NCBI GenBank assembly: GCA_043823065.1
Contig: JBDRBB010000009.1
Span: 32,001-96,000 of the forward strand
Origin: Pseudomonadota bacterium
GTDB lineage: Bacteria; UBA10199; 2-02-FULL-44-16; DYJF01
Length of the DNA: 64,000 nt
Reading direction: 5' to 3'
Shown: positions 28,502 through 38,627 of the stretch, piece after piece
Layout of the letters: the number at the start of each line of letters is the position of its first letter
How positions within the stretch are numbered: the stretch's first letter is position 1
The notes under the pieces: model-generated
Told to the model about the DNA's origin: nothing
Database searches by the model: none
Seen by the model: the letters and a program-made list of their open reading frames with translations, nothing else
Program-made: the position numbers and the translations under genes

Positions 28502-28915
28502 ATCTAAAAAAAGAGTTTGGATGTCTGAGGTGACAGAGCAGTCCGATAAAACAGACAGCTGATGCTCAAATTTGCCGAGATTACGCCCAGCATCTGGGAG
28601 CCCATCCATAAGGTGGCTTTATCTCCGTATCCCATTCACTACCGGGGATAAGTGCGCAAATATGGCACTTAAGCTGTCTGTTTTTCGGACAACACCTCAT
28701 CCACCGAAACACTTTTTTTAGATTAAATTAGGATAACCAATCAGCTTCGACGTTATCAGCTAATGCCTCTCCAGGTTTATTCTCAATAATAAATAATTGG
28801 ATTAACCAATTTTAACTCCAGAGGCTTGGATTAGCAAGGGGTTGGTTTTAAGGAAAAACTGAGTGAAATCTAGGTGGCTGGGAGGCAGGCTTCGCCAAGT
28901 CTTCATGGCACCTGG
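28502..28915 (+). ncRNA. Candidate large structured non-coding RNA (alternatively a MITE plus structured flank), family unrecognised
   Basis: Three consecutive fold-back domains seen by eye (28502-28723, 28731-28849, 28870-28915); G-U pairs favour the + strand; no credible ORF. Confidence 0.45.
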
Positions 28916-28933
28916 TATCTGGTGAAAATTAAA

Positions 28934-29326
28934 TTAAAAAATAAAAAGCCTTAGCCAAGAGATTTCGGTAATTCTGCCAGAAAAGCTGCAGCTGCCAGCC
29001 AAGCTTATTTGACGAGACTGCCACATTGCATCTAATTCATGATAAAGATTATTTATTTCCGGCGCGTGCGTTTCACCAAAACCAGCTTGATTATAAATGC
29101 TTTGGTCGTTGGTCACAGGTAAACAAAGACGACAAGAATAAGTGCTAATTATGTTGGCAGGTTCAATAAGATATATAAATCTGCATTGAGCGTTATCTCT
29201 TCTGGAAATAATAAAAACATCATCAATGCGCCGGCGCACTTCATAAGCGCCTGGTTCTAGATTCAAATCAAGATCAAGGCCGGATTGAGCCACTATTTGC
29301 GGGAAATTATTAATGGTCATACTCAT
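28934..29326 (-). CDS. Hypothetical protein
   Basis: 130 aa ORF with a strong AAGGAG RBS; no recognisable motif. Confidence 0.6.
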   Translation of the reverse strand: MSMTINNFPQIVAQSGLDLDLNLEPGAYEVRRRIDDVFIISRRDNAQCRFIYLIEPANIISTYSCRLCLPVTNDQSIYNQAGFGETHAPEINNLYHELDAMWQSRQISLAGSCSFSGRITEISWLRLFIF

Positions 29327-29435
29327 GTTTAGCTCCTTTGGGGGAAACGCTTTTTGCCAGAAAGCTATTAATTAATCAACCACAAAGTGAAGCATTTCTT
29401 GCTTTTGTAGGCCACATAGTATAGGCGTGGGCTGC

Positions 29436-31163
29436 ATGTGGTCTATTATCAAACAAATCCTGCCTTTGGTGGAAAAACCGTTTCGCTATATTGGCGGCGA
29501 GGTGGGTATAGCTGGTAAAAATTGGGATCAGGCTAAGGTGCGTATTTGCCTGGCTTTTCCTGATGTTTATGAGCTGGCTATGAGCAATACTGGCCTGCCT
29601 ATTCTCTATAATATAGTTAATAATCATCCAGATTTTCTAGCAGACCGGGTTTATACGCCTTGGCCAGATATGGCCTTTCAGCTTAAACAAAATAAGCTAC
29701 CTCTTTTTTCTTTGGATCACAAAAGGGCAGTTGCAGATTTTGAAGTGCTGGGTATTACCCTACCTTATGAACTTTCTTACACTAATGTCATAAATATTTT
29801 AGACCTAGCTGGCATTCCTTTTTATAGCAAAGATCGCAATGAGTCGTATCCTTTGATAATTGGGGGTGGGCCTTGTGCCTTTAATCCAGAACCAGTTGCC
29901 CCATTTTTTGATGCTATTGTGCTAGGTGATGGTGAACAAACAATTATTCAAATCTTGGAAATTGTTAAGATTGTTAAAACCAGAAGAGAACAATTAAACC
30001 AGCTTAGCCAGATTCAAGGCGTGTATGTGTCAAGCTTGGGTCAAGAACAGCAGGTTCATAAATCAACAGTAGATGATTTGGAAGCTGTTTCCTATCCAAC
30101 TCATCCAGTTGTGCCTTACGCTGCTGCGCATAACCGGGCTGGCATTGAAGTCAGCCGCGGTTGCCAAAGAGGTTGTCGTTTTTGTCAGGCTGGATTTGTA
30201 TATCGACCATTGCGTCATCGCTCAGTTGCTACAGCTGTAAATTTAGCTAAAGAAAATTTGGCTAGTACAGGCCAGGAAGATTTTTCATTTTTGTCATTAT
30301 CCTTGAGCGATTATCCAGAATTTTGCAATTTGTTAAAAGCCACCCAGGAAGCTACCAAAAATCAATATGTAAATCCGCAATTTCCTTCTTTGCGAGCAGA
30401 ATCGCTTTCAGATGAAACTTTAGATATTATTAAAAAAGCGCGTTCCGGAAGTTTTACTTTAGCACCTGAAGCAGGCACTGAACGCATGCGTCAAATTATT
30501 AATAAAGGAAATACAGATGAAGATTTATATGCTTCAGTACAGAAAATATTTTCCTCAGGCTGGCATCGGGTTAAGCTATATTTTATGATTGGTTTGCCTG
30601 GGGAGAACGAAGAAGAATTAGCAGGTATTGTTAAAATTTCCAAACACTGTTTGGCAATCGGTAAAAAACACAATAGACGAGCTGAAGTAACAGTTTCCAC
30701 CTCTATTTTTGTGCCCAAGGCGCATACACCTTTTCAATGGGTCAGCCAAATTAGCATGGCTGAGGCTCAGGCTAAAATAGCATATCTTCAAAAACAATTA
30801 AAAGGACGCGGGCTTAGTTATCGCTGGCACAATTCCCAGATGAGTTTTTTAGAGGGAGTGCTGGCCAGAGGAGGTCAAGAGTTAGCCCCAGTCTTGGTTG
30901 AGGCATATAAATCAGGCCAATATTTTTCAGGTTGGGATGAATATTTTAATTTGGAAAAATGGCAAGCTGCCTTGTCCCAATTTGGAATTAATCCAGAACA
31001 ATATCTTAAAGCAAGAGATCAAGATGCTAAACTGCCTTGGGATCATCTTTATGTTGATTTAAAAAAGAAGTTTTTATGGCAGGAATATGAAAAATCATTA
31101 AAAGGGCAAACCAGTCCGATTTGTTCTTTGTCTAATTGCTTGGGGTGTGGAGTCTGTAAATGA
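29436..31163 (+). CDS. TIGR03960-type B12-binding radical SAM protein
   Basis: VEKP.RYIGGE, FPDVYE, YELSYTN, GGPCAFNPEP, SRGCQRGCRFCQAG, TLAPEAGTERMR, KLYFMIGLP, FVPKAHTPFQW. Confidence 0.9.
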   Translation: MWSIIKQILPLVEKPFRYIGGEVGIAGKNWDQAKVRICLAFPDVYELAMSNTGLPILYNIVNNHPDFLADRVYTPWPDMAFQLKQNKLPLFSLDHKRAVADFEVLGITLPYELSYTNVINILDLAGIPFYSKDRNESYPLIIGGGPCAFNPEPVAPFFDAIVLGDGEQTIIQILEIVKIVKTRREQLNQLSQIQGVYVSSLGQEQQVHKSTVDDLEAVSYPTHPVVPYAAAHNRAGIEVSRGCQRGCRFCQAGFVYRPLRHRSVATAVNLAKENLASTGQEDFSFLSLSLSDYPEFCNLLKATQEATKNQYVNPQFPSLRAESLSDETLDIIKKARSGSFTLAPEAGTERMRQIINKGNTDEDLYASVQKIFSSGWHRVKLYFMIGLPGENEEELAGIVKISKHCLAIGKKHNRRAEVTVSTSIFVPKAHTPFQWVSQISMAEAQAKIAYLQKQLKGRGLSYRWHNSQMSFLEGVLARGGQELAPVLVEAYKSGQYFSGWDEYFNLEKWQAALSQFGINPEQYLKARDQDAKLPWDHLYVDLKKKFLWQEYEKSLKGQTSPICSLSNCLGCGVCK

Positions 31164-31786
31164 AGTATAGAATAAAATTCAGCAAAAAAGGGGAGGCGGC
31201 ATTTTTAGGACATTTAGAATTGATAAATGTTTTAAAAACCGGATTCAGGCGGGCAGGATTGTTCTTAATATATTCTCAAGGATTTCATCCGCATCCAAAG
31301 CTGAGTTTTGGCAAAGCTTTAAGCGTGGGTATTGAAAGTGAATGTGAATTTTGTGATCTAGAACTGTTGGAAAATATTTCTTCACAACAAATAAGAGAAA
31401 AATGCGCACAGGTTTTTCCGCAAGGTATCAAAATTAAAGAAGTCAGTGAGATTGCGCCTGAATCCCTGGCAATTGAAGATTCAATAAAAGCTAGTATTTA
31501 TGAAATTTCAAATATGGGAATAGCTATAGATCAACTTAAGGCAACCATGGCGAGTTTTGATCACCAGGATTTGTTTTTGTTTGAGCTGGAAAGAAAGAAA
31601 AAAAGCAATAAAATCAATCTAAAAGATTATGTGGCAGAGCTTGCGCTTTTGGAAAATAATGATATAAGAATCCAACTTCTTGAAAAACAACCAATGGTCA
31701 GAATACAAGAAGTTATCCAAGCCCTATTTGGTTTAGAGGGTATAGAATTAAAGAAAATATTCATAATGAAAAGAGAAGTAAATTAG
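31160..31786 (+). CDS. Radical SAM-associated protein (TIGR03936/DUF2344 type)
   Basis: KYRIKFSK...GHLEL...RRA...YSQGFHPHPK.SF..ALSVG.ES..E; coupled to the upstream radical SAM gene. Confidence 0.88.
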   Translation: MKYRIKFSKKGEAAFLGHLELINVLKTGFRRAGLFLIYSQGFHPHPKLSFGKALSVGIESECEFCDLELLENISSQQIREKCAQVFPQGIKIKEVSEIAPESLAIEDSIKASIYEISNMGIAIDQLKATMASFDHQDLFLFELERKKKSNKINLKDYVAELALLENNDIRIQLLEKQPMVRIQEVIQALFGLEGIELKKIFIMKREVN

Positions 31787-31787
31787 C

Positions 31788-33332
31788 ATGCCCAATGAAT
31801 TAATAGTAAATCTTACTTTAGGTGAAACCCGCGTAGCTAGGCTAGAAAACGGTGTTGTTGCCGAGCTGTTTATTGAACGCGCCAGAGATCATAGTGTGGT
31901 TGGCAATATCTATAAAGGCAAGGTATCCCGGGTTTTGCCAGGAATGCAGGCAGCCTTTATTGATATCGGCCTGGAGCGTACTGCTTTTGTGCATGCAGCA
32001 GATATTGCCAAAGATGTTATGCAGCTGGATGAAGAAGAAAAAGCAGAAATATCCGAGGTGTTAGAAGAGGGTATAATTGAAGAAACAGAAGACGCTTTAA
32101 TTGAAGAGAAAAAAAATAAACGTAAAAAAACTAAAAAAAGTATTCAAGGATTGCTACAAGAAGGAACTGATATTTTGGTGCAAGTTGAAAAAGAACCTTT
32201 TGGCACCAAAGGAGCTCGCCTAACTTCCCATCTTTCCCTTCCTGGCCGCTATTTAGTTTTCATGCCCACAGTTGATCATATTGGCGTATCCCGGCGTATA
32301 GAAGATTCTAGTGAGCGCGATCGTCTGAAAAAGTTAATCAAGGAGCTTCATCAAGGCAGTGGTGGTTATATTGTGCGCACTGTGGCCGAAGGAGTAACTG
32401 AAACAGAGCTTAAAGCAGATATTGATTATTTAAATGAGCTTTGGCGCACCATAGAGAAGAAAGCTAAACCTGCCAAGTCGCCAACCTTGATTCATGAAGA
32501 GCTGGATGTGTTATCGCGCGTAATTAGAGATCTGTTTACTGCAGATGTTGACCGAGTGGTGGTGGATTCATCTATAGCCAAGGAAAAGGTAAAAGATTTT
32601 ATTTCTGATTTTCTGCCTGAAGCTATAGAACGGGTTGAGCTGTACCAAGGTAATGAACCAATTTTTGATGCCTTTGGCATTGAAGTTGAAATTACTCGCG
32701 CGCTTGGTCAAAAGGTTTGGTTGAAAAGCGGCGGCTATATCATCATTGAGCAAACAGAAGCTCTAACTGCTATAGATGTTAATACCGGACGTTTTGTCGG
32801 CAGAAGAAATGTAGAAGACACAATTCTGAAAACTAATTTGGAAGCTGTTAAAGAAATTGTTTACCAACTGCGTTTAAGAAATATTGGCGGCATTATTATT
32901 TTAGATTTTATTGATATGGAAAAACCAGCTAACCGCCAAAAAGTGTTTGGTACGCTAAAAGAAGCTTTGAAAAGTGACCGAGCCAGAACCACAATTACTA
33001 AACTTTCTGAACTGGGTTTGGTGGAAATGACCCGTGCCCGCTCTCGTGAAGATTTGCGCAGGCTTTTAAGCAATGCTTGTCCTTATTGCGAAGGTAAAGG
33101 GTATTTAAAAAGCCCGACCACTGTTTGTTATGAAATTTTTCGGGAAATTCAAAGAGAGGCAAATTATCTAAAATCTAAAAAATTAACTGTGGTTTGTCAT
33201 CCTTCAATTGCTGGTCTTTTATATGATGAAGAAAGGGCCCAGTTAGAAGCCTTGGAAAAAGAACATAAAAAGCGCATCTCCATCAAGAGCATGAATGACT
33301 ATCATTTAGAACAATTTGATATTAATGAATAA
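31788..33332 (+). CDS. rng: Ribonuclease G/E family
   Basis: VGNIYKGKV.RVLPGMQAAFIDIG, KGARLT, TEALTAIDVNTG, LRNIGGIIILDFIDM, CPYCEG. Confidence 0.95.
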   Translation: MPNELIVNLTLGETRVARLENGVVAELFIERARDHSVVGNIYKGKVSRVLPGMQAAFIDIGLERTAFVHAADIAKDVMQLDEEEKAEISEVLEEGIIEETEDALIEEKKNKRKKTKKSIQGLLQEGTDILVQVEKEPFGTKGARLTSHLSLPGRYLVFMPTVDHIGVSRRIEDSSERDRLKKLIKELHQGSGGYIVRTVAEGVTETELKADIDYLNELWRTIEKKAKPAKSPTLIHEELDVLSRVIRDLFTADVDRVVVDSSIAKEKVKDFISDFLPEAIERVELYQGNEPIFDAFGIEVEITRALGQKVWLKSGGYIIIEQTEALTAIDVNTGRFVGRRNVEDTILKTNLEAVKEIVYQLRLRNIGGIIILDFIDMEKPANRQKVFGTLKEALKSDRARTTITKLSELGLVEMTRARSREDLRRLLSNACPYCEGKGYLKSPTTVCYEIFREIQREANYLKSKKLTVVCHPSIAGLLYDEERAQLEALEKEHKKRISIKSMNDYHLEQFDINE

Positions 33333-33593
33333 TTAAAATCCTATTTTTAGATTGGCTTTATTGGGACTGACTGTAATATTGGTATTCTGGTTAGTCTTAG
33401 ATTGAAACTCCATACCTCCGGCAATTGTAGTAATTCCTTGCATAAAATCAGAAGGACTTTTTTCCTGATAATTTTTGATATCTATTTTTTCAGTGTGGAC
33501 ATTTGCGCTTTTCTTTTCCTCTTTAGCCATAACTTGGCCTGGTAAGAAGCTGAAAATTAGACCTAATATAGCTATCAATGCGAAATATCTCAT
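33333..33593 (-). CDS. Small exported hypothetical protein
   Basis: MRYFALIAILGLIFSFLPGQVMA signal peptide and C-terminal Phe; start moved past the repeat-overlapping extension. Confidence 0.6.
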   Translation of the reverse strand: MRYFALIAILGLIFSFLPGQVMAKEEKKSANVHTEKIDIKNYQEKSPSDFMQGITTIAGGMEFQSKTNQNTNITVSPNKANLKIGF

Positions 33594-33659
33594 GAAATTG
33601 CCTTTCATAGATATTATCGGCAATTGGGAGGGAAATGTTGCTAAGAAAATATAAATTTT

Positions 33660-33717
33660 CATGCTTCGACAGGCTCAGCATGAGCGGAGTTCCGTTCGCC
33701 CTGAGCATGTCGAAGGG
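33660..33717. repeat. CTTCGACAGGCTCAG / CTGAGCATGTCGAAG paired palindromic repeat
   Basis: Inverted pair CTTCGACAGGCTCAG ... CTGAGCATGTCGAAG; same family as 28405-28460. Confidence 0.85.
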
Positions 33718-33723
33718 CTTATT

Positions 33724-35031
33724 CTACTCCCTTTGGGGTTTAAGATAAGCAGTTAGTTGACTGCGATAGCGTTCAAACAGATAAAAACCAGTGCCTAAGG
33801 CTATCCAGATTACCATTGGAATGGGGATTGGATTGGGGATGTGAATATATAGGAGAACTAATATAATAATAGCTAGTATGCCGCCTAAACTGATCCAATA
33901 TTTGTTTACTTGATAAGGCACTTGCTGCCATAAACTTTTATTAACAAAGGGTAAACAAGCCATGGCAAAACACTCAGCAATATAAAGAATAATCAAAGAT
34001 TGCATAGAAATGCCAATTAAATAGCTAACGCTTTTGGTCCAGATCAGAATAGCTGCTAAGATAAAATTAATGGTTAAACTTAAATGAGGTGTTTGATATT
34101 TTTTATTTACCCTAGCTAAGAAGCGTGGGGCAACATTATCTTCAGCAAAGGCAAATAAAATTCTAGAAGGCACCATCATGCAGGCATTGATGGTGCTTAG
34201 AAAAGCCATGAGTGCGCCTATAGTTACTACTAAATGACCAAAGGGTAGAAAGCTTTGGGCGGCATCTACTAAAGGAGCTTTAGAATTAATAATTGTTTGA
34301 TAGGGAGTTGTACCAAAGGCAACTAGCGAAACACCAACATAGATGGCAATGGAAGTACAAATGCCAAAGATAAAAATGCGCGGAAGTGATTTTCTGGCAT
34401 CTTTGGTTTCCCCAGCAGTTTGAGAAAGTGCGTCAAACCCTGCATAGGCAAAGAAAAGAACTGGCAGGGCGTGCAAGAAACCAGACCAGCCATGAGGTAA
34501 AAAAGGAGTAAAGTTAGTTGACTTGATAGCAAATAAACCAGGAATTACTAATAAAGCAATACTGCCAATTAGGGCAAAAAACATTATTCTTTGCATGCGT
34601 CCAAATTGTTTTATGCCCACCAGATTAATCAGATAAAATAAAAATAAACACAATGTAGCAATAATTTTAGGAGGAGCTGCTGGAAAGATGGCTTGAATAT
34701 AATGTCCAACAGAAACAGCGAGCACGCTTAACACACCTAAATAGGTGAGCCAGGTTAGCCACATCACAATAAAAGCCGGGAAGTGTGACTTAAAAGTGCG
34801 GCTAATATGAATATAGGCGCCGCCAGCTAAATTTCCCAAAGTTGTGCTTTGAAAAATTACATAAGGCAAGGCCATGAGCAGAGTTGCCGGACCAAGTAAA
34901 AGATAAGCTAGGCAAGTGGCTGGGCCTGCATCTTTGCCTGCTTGGCCAATAGCCACAAAAATTCCAGCGCCAATTAACATGCCAATAATCGTGGCATAAC
35001 TGTCTAGTTTTGAAAGGTCGCGTTTAAGCAC
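33724..35031 (-). CDS. APC-family amino acid permease
   Basis: IGAGIF, AGGAY, FFAYAGFD...GETKD...LPR, SRILFAFAED, about 12 hydrophobic segments. Confidence 0.9.
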   Translation of the reverse strand: MLKRDLSKLDSYATIIGMLIGAGIFVAIGQAGKDAGPATCLAYLLLGPATLLMALPYVIFQSTTLGNLAGGAYIHISRTFKSHFPAFIVMWLTWLTYLGVLSVLAVSVGHYIQAIFPAAPPKIIATLCLFLFYLINLVGIKQFGRMQRIMFFALIGSIALLVIPGLFAIKSTNFTPFLPHGWSGFLHALPVLFFAYAGFDALSQTAGETKDARKSLPRIFIFGICTSIAIYVGVSLVAFGTTPYQTIINSKAPLVDAAQSFLPFGHLVVTIGALMAFLSTINACMMVPSRILFAFAEDNVAPRFLARVNKKYQTPHLSLTINFILAAILIWTKSVSYLIGISMQSLIILYIAECFAMACLPFVNKSLWQQVPYQVNKYWISLGGILAIIILVLLYIHIPNPIPIPMVIWIALGTGFYLFERYRSQLTAYLKPQRE

Positions 35032-35078
35032 GTCTTGTCCTACATCAGAAGCTGGTTTATTTTCAAGCTTTTTCTAAT

Positions 35079-35110
35079 AAAAAAAGGGATGAAAAAATTT
35101 CATCCCTTTT
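35079..35110 (-). terminator. Intrinsic terminator
   Basis: AAAAGGGATGAAA / TTTCATCCCTTTT hairpin with a U-tract on the minus strand, downstream of the 35147 ORF. Confidence 0.8.
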
Positions 35111-35146
35111 GCGATTTACGACGTACGAAAGACGATGTACTGCTTT

Positions 35147-35905
35147 TTAGAAATGCCAGCCAAATAAGCCTTGCAGGGCAAAATGAGGCTTAAAGCCACC
35201 TTGGGTGACTTTGACGTTTTGAGCAGTTCCTGCGATGTCATTAATATTTCTATAAAATGATTTTTGAATAATCAGATGTTCAGTTGCGTCAATGGCAATA
35301 AACAAACCCTTCCAGATAAAAAACTCGCAACCTGCGCCAATAGCTGGTCCGCCACCTATGACACCGCCCTTGTTAGCATCAGTTGGGGCATTAATAAAAA
35401 TTCCCTGAAAAGCTCCGCCAAGTTTCAGATAGGGAATAATTTTGACCATATTTGGTTGCCAGCTAGCTCTGGTGAAATAAGGTAAGGTTGCTTTAGCATA
35501 AATCCCAAAATCTAAGACATGCTGACGGGCATTTTCCACAGGAAAGGTTCCAGCTGGAAAGGTAATCGTTGGATTGGATGCATAAGGAACACCATTATTA
35601 TTTCCGCCATTAGCATCGCCCACCTGAGAAGTTGCTGTAGCATAATTGATTTGCAACATCGGACCAATCCAATCTGCAATATCCCAACCAAAGGTTATGC
35701 CAAAAGATGGAATAATACTGCTGTCAAAAGCACGGTCAGTAACTACATGACGATCGTTGGTTACCTGCACCATGCCTACATTCGCAGCAAGATAGGGCCC
35801 TTTATGCCAGCCCTTTTCTGGAAAATCCGGCCCAAAAGCAAAAGCCGCGCTGGATATCAGGCAGGTGGCCAGAAACATGGTTAAACCTAATAATATTTTT
35901 TTCAT
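35147..35905 (-). CDS. Outer membrane beta-barrel protein (hypothetical)
   Basis: Signal peptide ending AFA, amphipathic strands, C-terminal GLFGWHF beta-signal. Confidence 0.75.
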   Translation of the reverse strand: MKKILLGLTMFLATCLISSAAFAFGPDFPEKGWHKGPYLAANVGMVQVTNDRHVVTDRAFDSSIIPSFGITFGWDIADWIGPMLQINYATATSQVGDANGGNNNGVPYASNPTITFPAGTFPVENARQHVLDFGIYAKATLPYFTRASWQPNMVKIIPYLKLGGAFQGIFINAPTDANKGGVIGGGPAIGAGCEFFIWKGLFIAIDATEHLIIQKSFYRNINDIAGTAQNVKVTQGGFKPHFALQGLFGWHF

Positions 35906-35963
35906 AATCCCCCCTTTAGGTAAGTTATTAAACTTATTTAGCTGAATATATCAGCAGTGTCAA

Positions 35964-36767
35964 TTAACAAGGTTTTTGACATTGTGAACAAAAATGGGTG
36001 CTGCGGCCAGCAACTTTTATCTTGGAAACAACTGACTTACATTTTTGACATTTCTTTTGGCCGTAAACTTTGAGCAGGTTTTGAAAATTACCTTTGCTTC
36101 TGGATGAGGTGCGATAATCTGAAATAGTGGTTCCTTGATGTTTGATGGATAAATTAAGGATATGCTGAATAATTTGGTAAAGTTTTTGCGTATCTATTTG
36201 TTCAACCAAAACTTCAGGATGTTTTTTTAGAGCATAACAAATTTCATCAGCATAGATATTGCCAATACCGGCGATAATTGTTTGATTAAGCAAAAATACC
36301 TTTAGTTTCATCTTAGGGTAACGTTGCTGAAGATTTTTTAATTCTATTTGCGTAATAGCCAGGGCATCTGGGCCAGCATTAATGTAATCTGAAAAATCTT
36401 TATTATCTGGAATAATTGTCCATCGCCCAAATTTGCGCACATCCCGGTAAATTAATTTTTTTCCATTCTGAAAAGTTAGAGCCACATGAGTATGTTTGTC
36501 CACTTGATGATTAGCAAGAGCTGTAAATAGCTGACCGGTCATGCGCAAATGAATTAATAAGTTTTTTCCCTGATTAGTGATAAGTTTGATATATTTGCCG
36601 TGCCTGGAAATTTTTGTAAACTTTTGACCTTTAAGTTGCTTTTCAAAAAATCGGTTCTTTCCACCGACAATGGGCGCAAAATAGACTTTAGCCTCAGAAA
36701 TAGAAGGGCCAATAATATTTTTTCTTAGTCCGCGGACAATTGTCTCAACTTCTGGGAGTTCAGGCAT
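35964..36767 (-). CDS. mutM: Formamidopyrimidine-DNA glycosylase
   Basis: [30 protein letters not shown]-terminal CQKC...GRSTHFCSQCQ zinc finger. Confidence 0.95.
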   Translation of the reverse strand: MPELPEVETIVRGLRKNIIGPSISEAKVYFAPIVGGKNRFFEKQLKGQKFTKISRHGKYIKLITNQGKNLLIHLRMTGQLFTALANHQVDKHTHVALTFQNGKKLIYRDVRKFGRWTIIPDNKDFSDYINAGPDALAITQIELKNLQQRYPKMKLKVFLLNQTIIAGIGNIYADEICYALKKHPEVLVEQIDTQKLYQIIQHILNLSIKHQGTTISDYRTSSRSKGNFQNLLKVYGQKKCQKCKSVVSKIKVAGRSTHFCSQCQKPC

Positions 36768-37947
36768 TTTTTATAAGTTTAGCTACAGTTTGGCCAGATT
36801 GATAACAATTTTCTAATTCGTTTTCATCTGGAATATATTTAGCGGTAATGGCTTCTTTAACCAGTTCAATTCCAGTGGCTTTTAGTTCAGCTTCAATAGC
36901 CTTAACTGAGCCGCCGCCCCAACCAAAGGAACCAAAGGTAAAACCAATACGGTTCTGGGGTTTGAGTCCTTTAAGATAAGTTAAAAATCCACCAACAGTT
37001 GGTAACATGCCATTATTTAAAGTTGGCGAGCCGACAATAATAGCCTTGGCCTCTAAGATTTCTTTCATGATCTCAGAAATATCAGTAATCTTGAGATCAA
37101 AGATTTTACATCCTATTCCCTTGCTGGAAATTCCTTCAGCAATAGCCAGTGCCATCTGTTCTGTGGAATTCCACATGGTGTCATAAACAATTACAGCTTT
37201 AGGCTTAGTTTTGTTTGCTGCCCAATCTTTATAACAAGAGATTATTTCGCCAACATTTTTGCGCCAAATTAGACCGTGACTTGGACAAATAGTTTGAATC
37301 TCCAAGCCAGCTACTGCACTAAGCGCTTTGGTGGTAGGCGCAGCAAAGGGCAAGACAATATTAGCATAATATTTTGCTGCTTCAGCTCTTAAATCATTCC
37401 AGTTTAGTTGATCATCAAAGCGTTCATAAGTAGCTAGATGCTGGCCAAAAGCATCATTGGAAAATAGAATCTTTTCTTCAGGACAATAGGTAACCATAGA
37501 ATCTGGCCAATGCACCATGGGTACTTCCACAAAGTTTAAACTTCTGCTGCCCAGCGATAAAACATCACCAGTTTTGACAACTTGAAACTCCCAGTTTTGT
37601 TTAAAATGGCGATTTATATCCTGAGCAGCCCGGGCATCTGCTACCAGCTTGGCTTTTGGAGCAGCTTGTTTAATGGCTGCCAAAGAACCCGAGTGATCCA
37701 TTTCCACATGATTGGCAATTACATAGTCAATCTTTTCCACAGGTAAAACAGAAGAAACGCGCTCCATAAGTTCAGGAGCAAAAGGTTTTTTTGCTGTATC
37801 AATTAAGGCAACTTTTTCATCTACAATAAGATAGGCATTATAAGTAGAACCACGTGGCGTAAGATAGCCGTGGAAATTGCGCAAATTCCAATCTATGGCT
37901 CCAACCCACCAGATGTTTTTAGAAATATTTTTTGCCTTAAAGCTCAT
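36760..37947 (-). CDS. fprA: Flavodiiron protein (FprA/ROO)
   Basis: [34 protein letters not shown], flavodoxin domain [20 protein letters not shown]. Confidence 0.95.
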   Translation of the reverse strand: MSFKAKNISKNIWWVGAIDWNLRNFHGYLTPRGSTYNAYLIVDEKVALIDTAKKPFAPELMERVSSVLPVEKIDYVIANHVEMDHSGSLAAIKQAAPKAKLVADARAAQDINRHFKQNWEFQVVKTGDVLSLGSRSLNFVEVPMVHWPDSMVTYCPEEKILFSNDAFGQHLATYERFDDQLNWNDLRAEAAKYYANIVLPFAAPTTKALSAVAGLEIQTICPSHGLIWRKNVGEIISCYKDWAANKTKPKAVIVYDTMWNSTEQMALAIAEGISSKGIGCKIFDLKITDISEIMKEILEAKAIIVGSPTLNNGMLPTVGGFLTYLKGLKPQNRIGFTFGSFGWGGGSVKAIEAELKATGIELVKEAITAKYIPDENELENCYQSGQTVAKLIKNA

Positions 37948-38108
37948 TTACTTTCTTTCTTGAATTGATCTTTACCAACACCGCAAACTGGGCAGACCCA
38001 GGTATCTGGAATGTCTTCAAACTTTGTGCCTGGAGCAACGCCATTTTCTGGATCACCAACTTCTGGGTCGTAAACATAACCACAAATTGTACAAGTCCAT
38101 TTTTCCAT
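37944..38108 (-). CDS. rub: Rubredoxin (54 aa, absent from the ORF track)
   Basis: Manual translation [54 protein letters not shown] with two CxxCG motifs; its TGA overlaps the fprA ATG. Confidence 0.97.
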   Translation of the reverse strand: MEKWTCTICGYVYDPEVGDPENGVAPGTKFEDIPDTWVCPVCGVGKDQFKKESK

Positions 38109-38109
38109 A

Positions 38110-38619
38110 TTATTCCCCCTTCATTTTTTCCCTATAATAATTATAGGTTAAAGGTTTACCCGCTGTTTTAGTGCCTGCCTTGGTTACAGTTGCTACAAAT
38201 AAAGAATGTGTGCCTAAATCTTGAGTTAGTTCTGGAATAACCGTGCATTCATAAAAAGCCTTGGCATCAGGAAGAATAGGTATGCCAAATTCATTTTTTT
38301 CATAATTATAATTGGCAAATTTATCCACTTTTCTGCCAGTTTGAAAACCAAAATGTTTAACCTGATCAAAACAAGCTGGATTTTCTACATCTATGACATT
38401 TACCACAAACTTTCCTGTGGCGCTGATCATTTCATGAGTTAAAGATTTTTTGCCAACACCTACTGCCACCCTGGGCGGCATATTTGTGACTTGCATCAAA
38501 GAATCCAAACACTGGCCATTAGGTTTATTGTCAAAAGCAGTTAGGATATACAAGCCGTGAGTAACTTGAAATAGAGCTTGGTTTAAACCTCTGGTCTCAG
38601 TAACAATTGTAAAATCCAA
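38110..38619 (-). CDS. Flavin reductase-like (flavoredoxin family) protein
   Basis: [48 protein letters not shown] before TTG. Confidence 0.88.
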   Translation of the reverse strand: MDFTIVTETRGLNQALFQVTHGLYILTAFDNKPNGQCLDSLMQVTNMPPRVAVGVGKKSLTHEMISATGKFVVNVIDVENPACFDQVKHFGFQTGRKVDKFANYNYEKNEFGIPILPDAKAFYECTVIPELTQDLGTHSLFVATVTKAGTKTAGKPLTYNYYREKMKGE

Positions 38620-38627
38620 GTAACCTC

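Noticed and set aside
28333..28533. 66-aa ORF after the pyruvyl transferase gene
   Set aside because: It is a translation of palindromic repeats (PFTLNLSKG, VIARS...KQS)
28502..28915. Assignment as 6S RNA, RNase P, SRP, tmRNA, group I/II intron, hammerhead or HDV ribozyme, or retron
   Set aside because: I did not find the diagnostic motifs (GAGGAAAGUCC, group II domain V, CUGAUGA/GAAA core, HDV P3/L3) and there is no reverse transcriptase nearby; left unassigned
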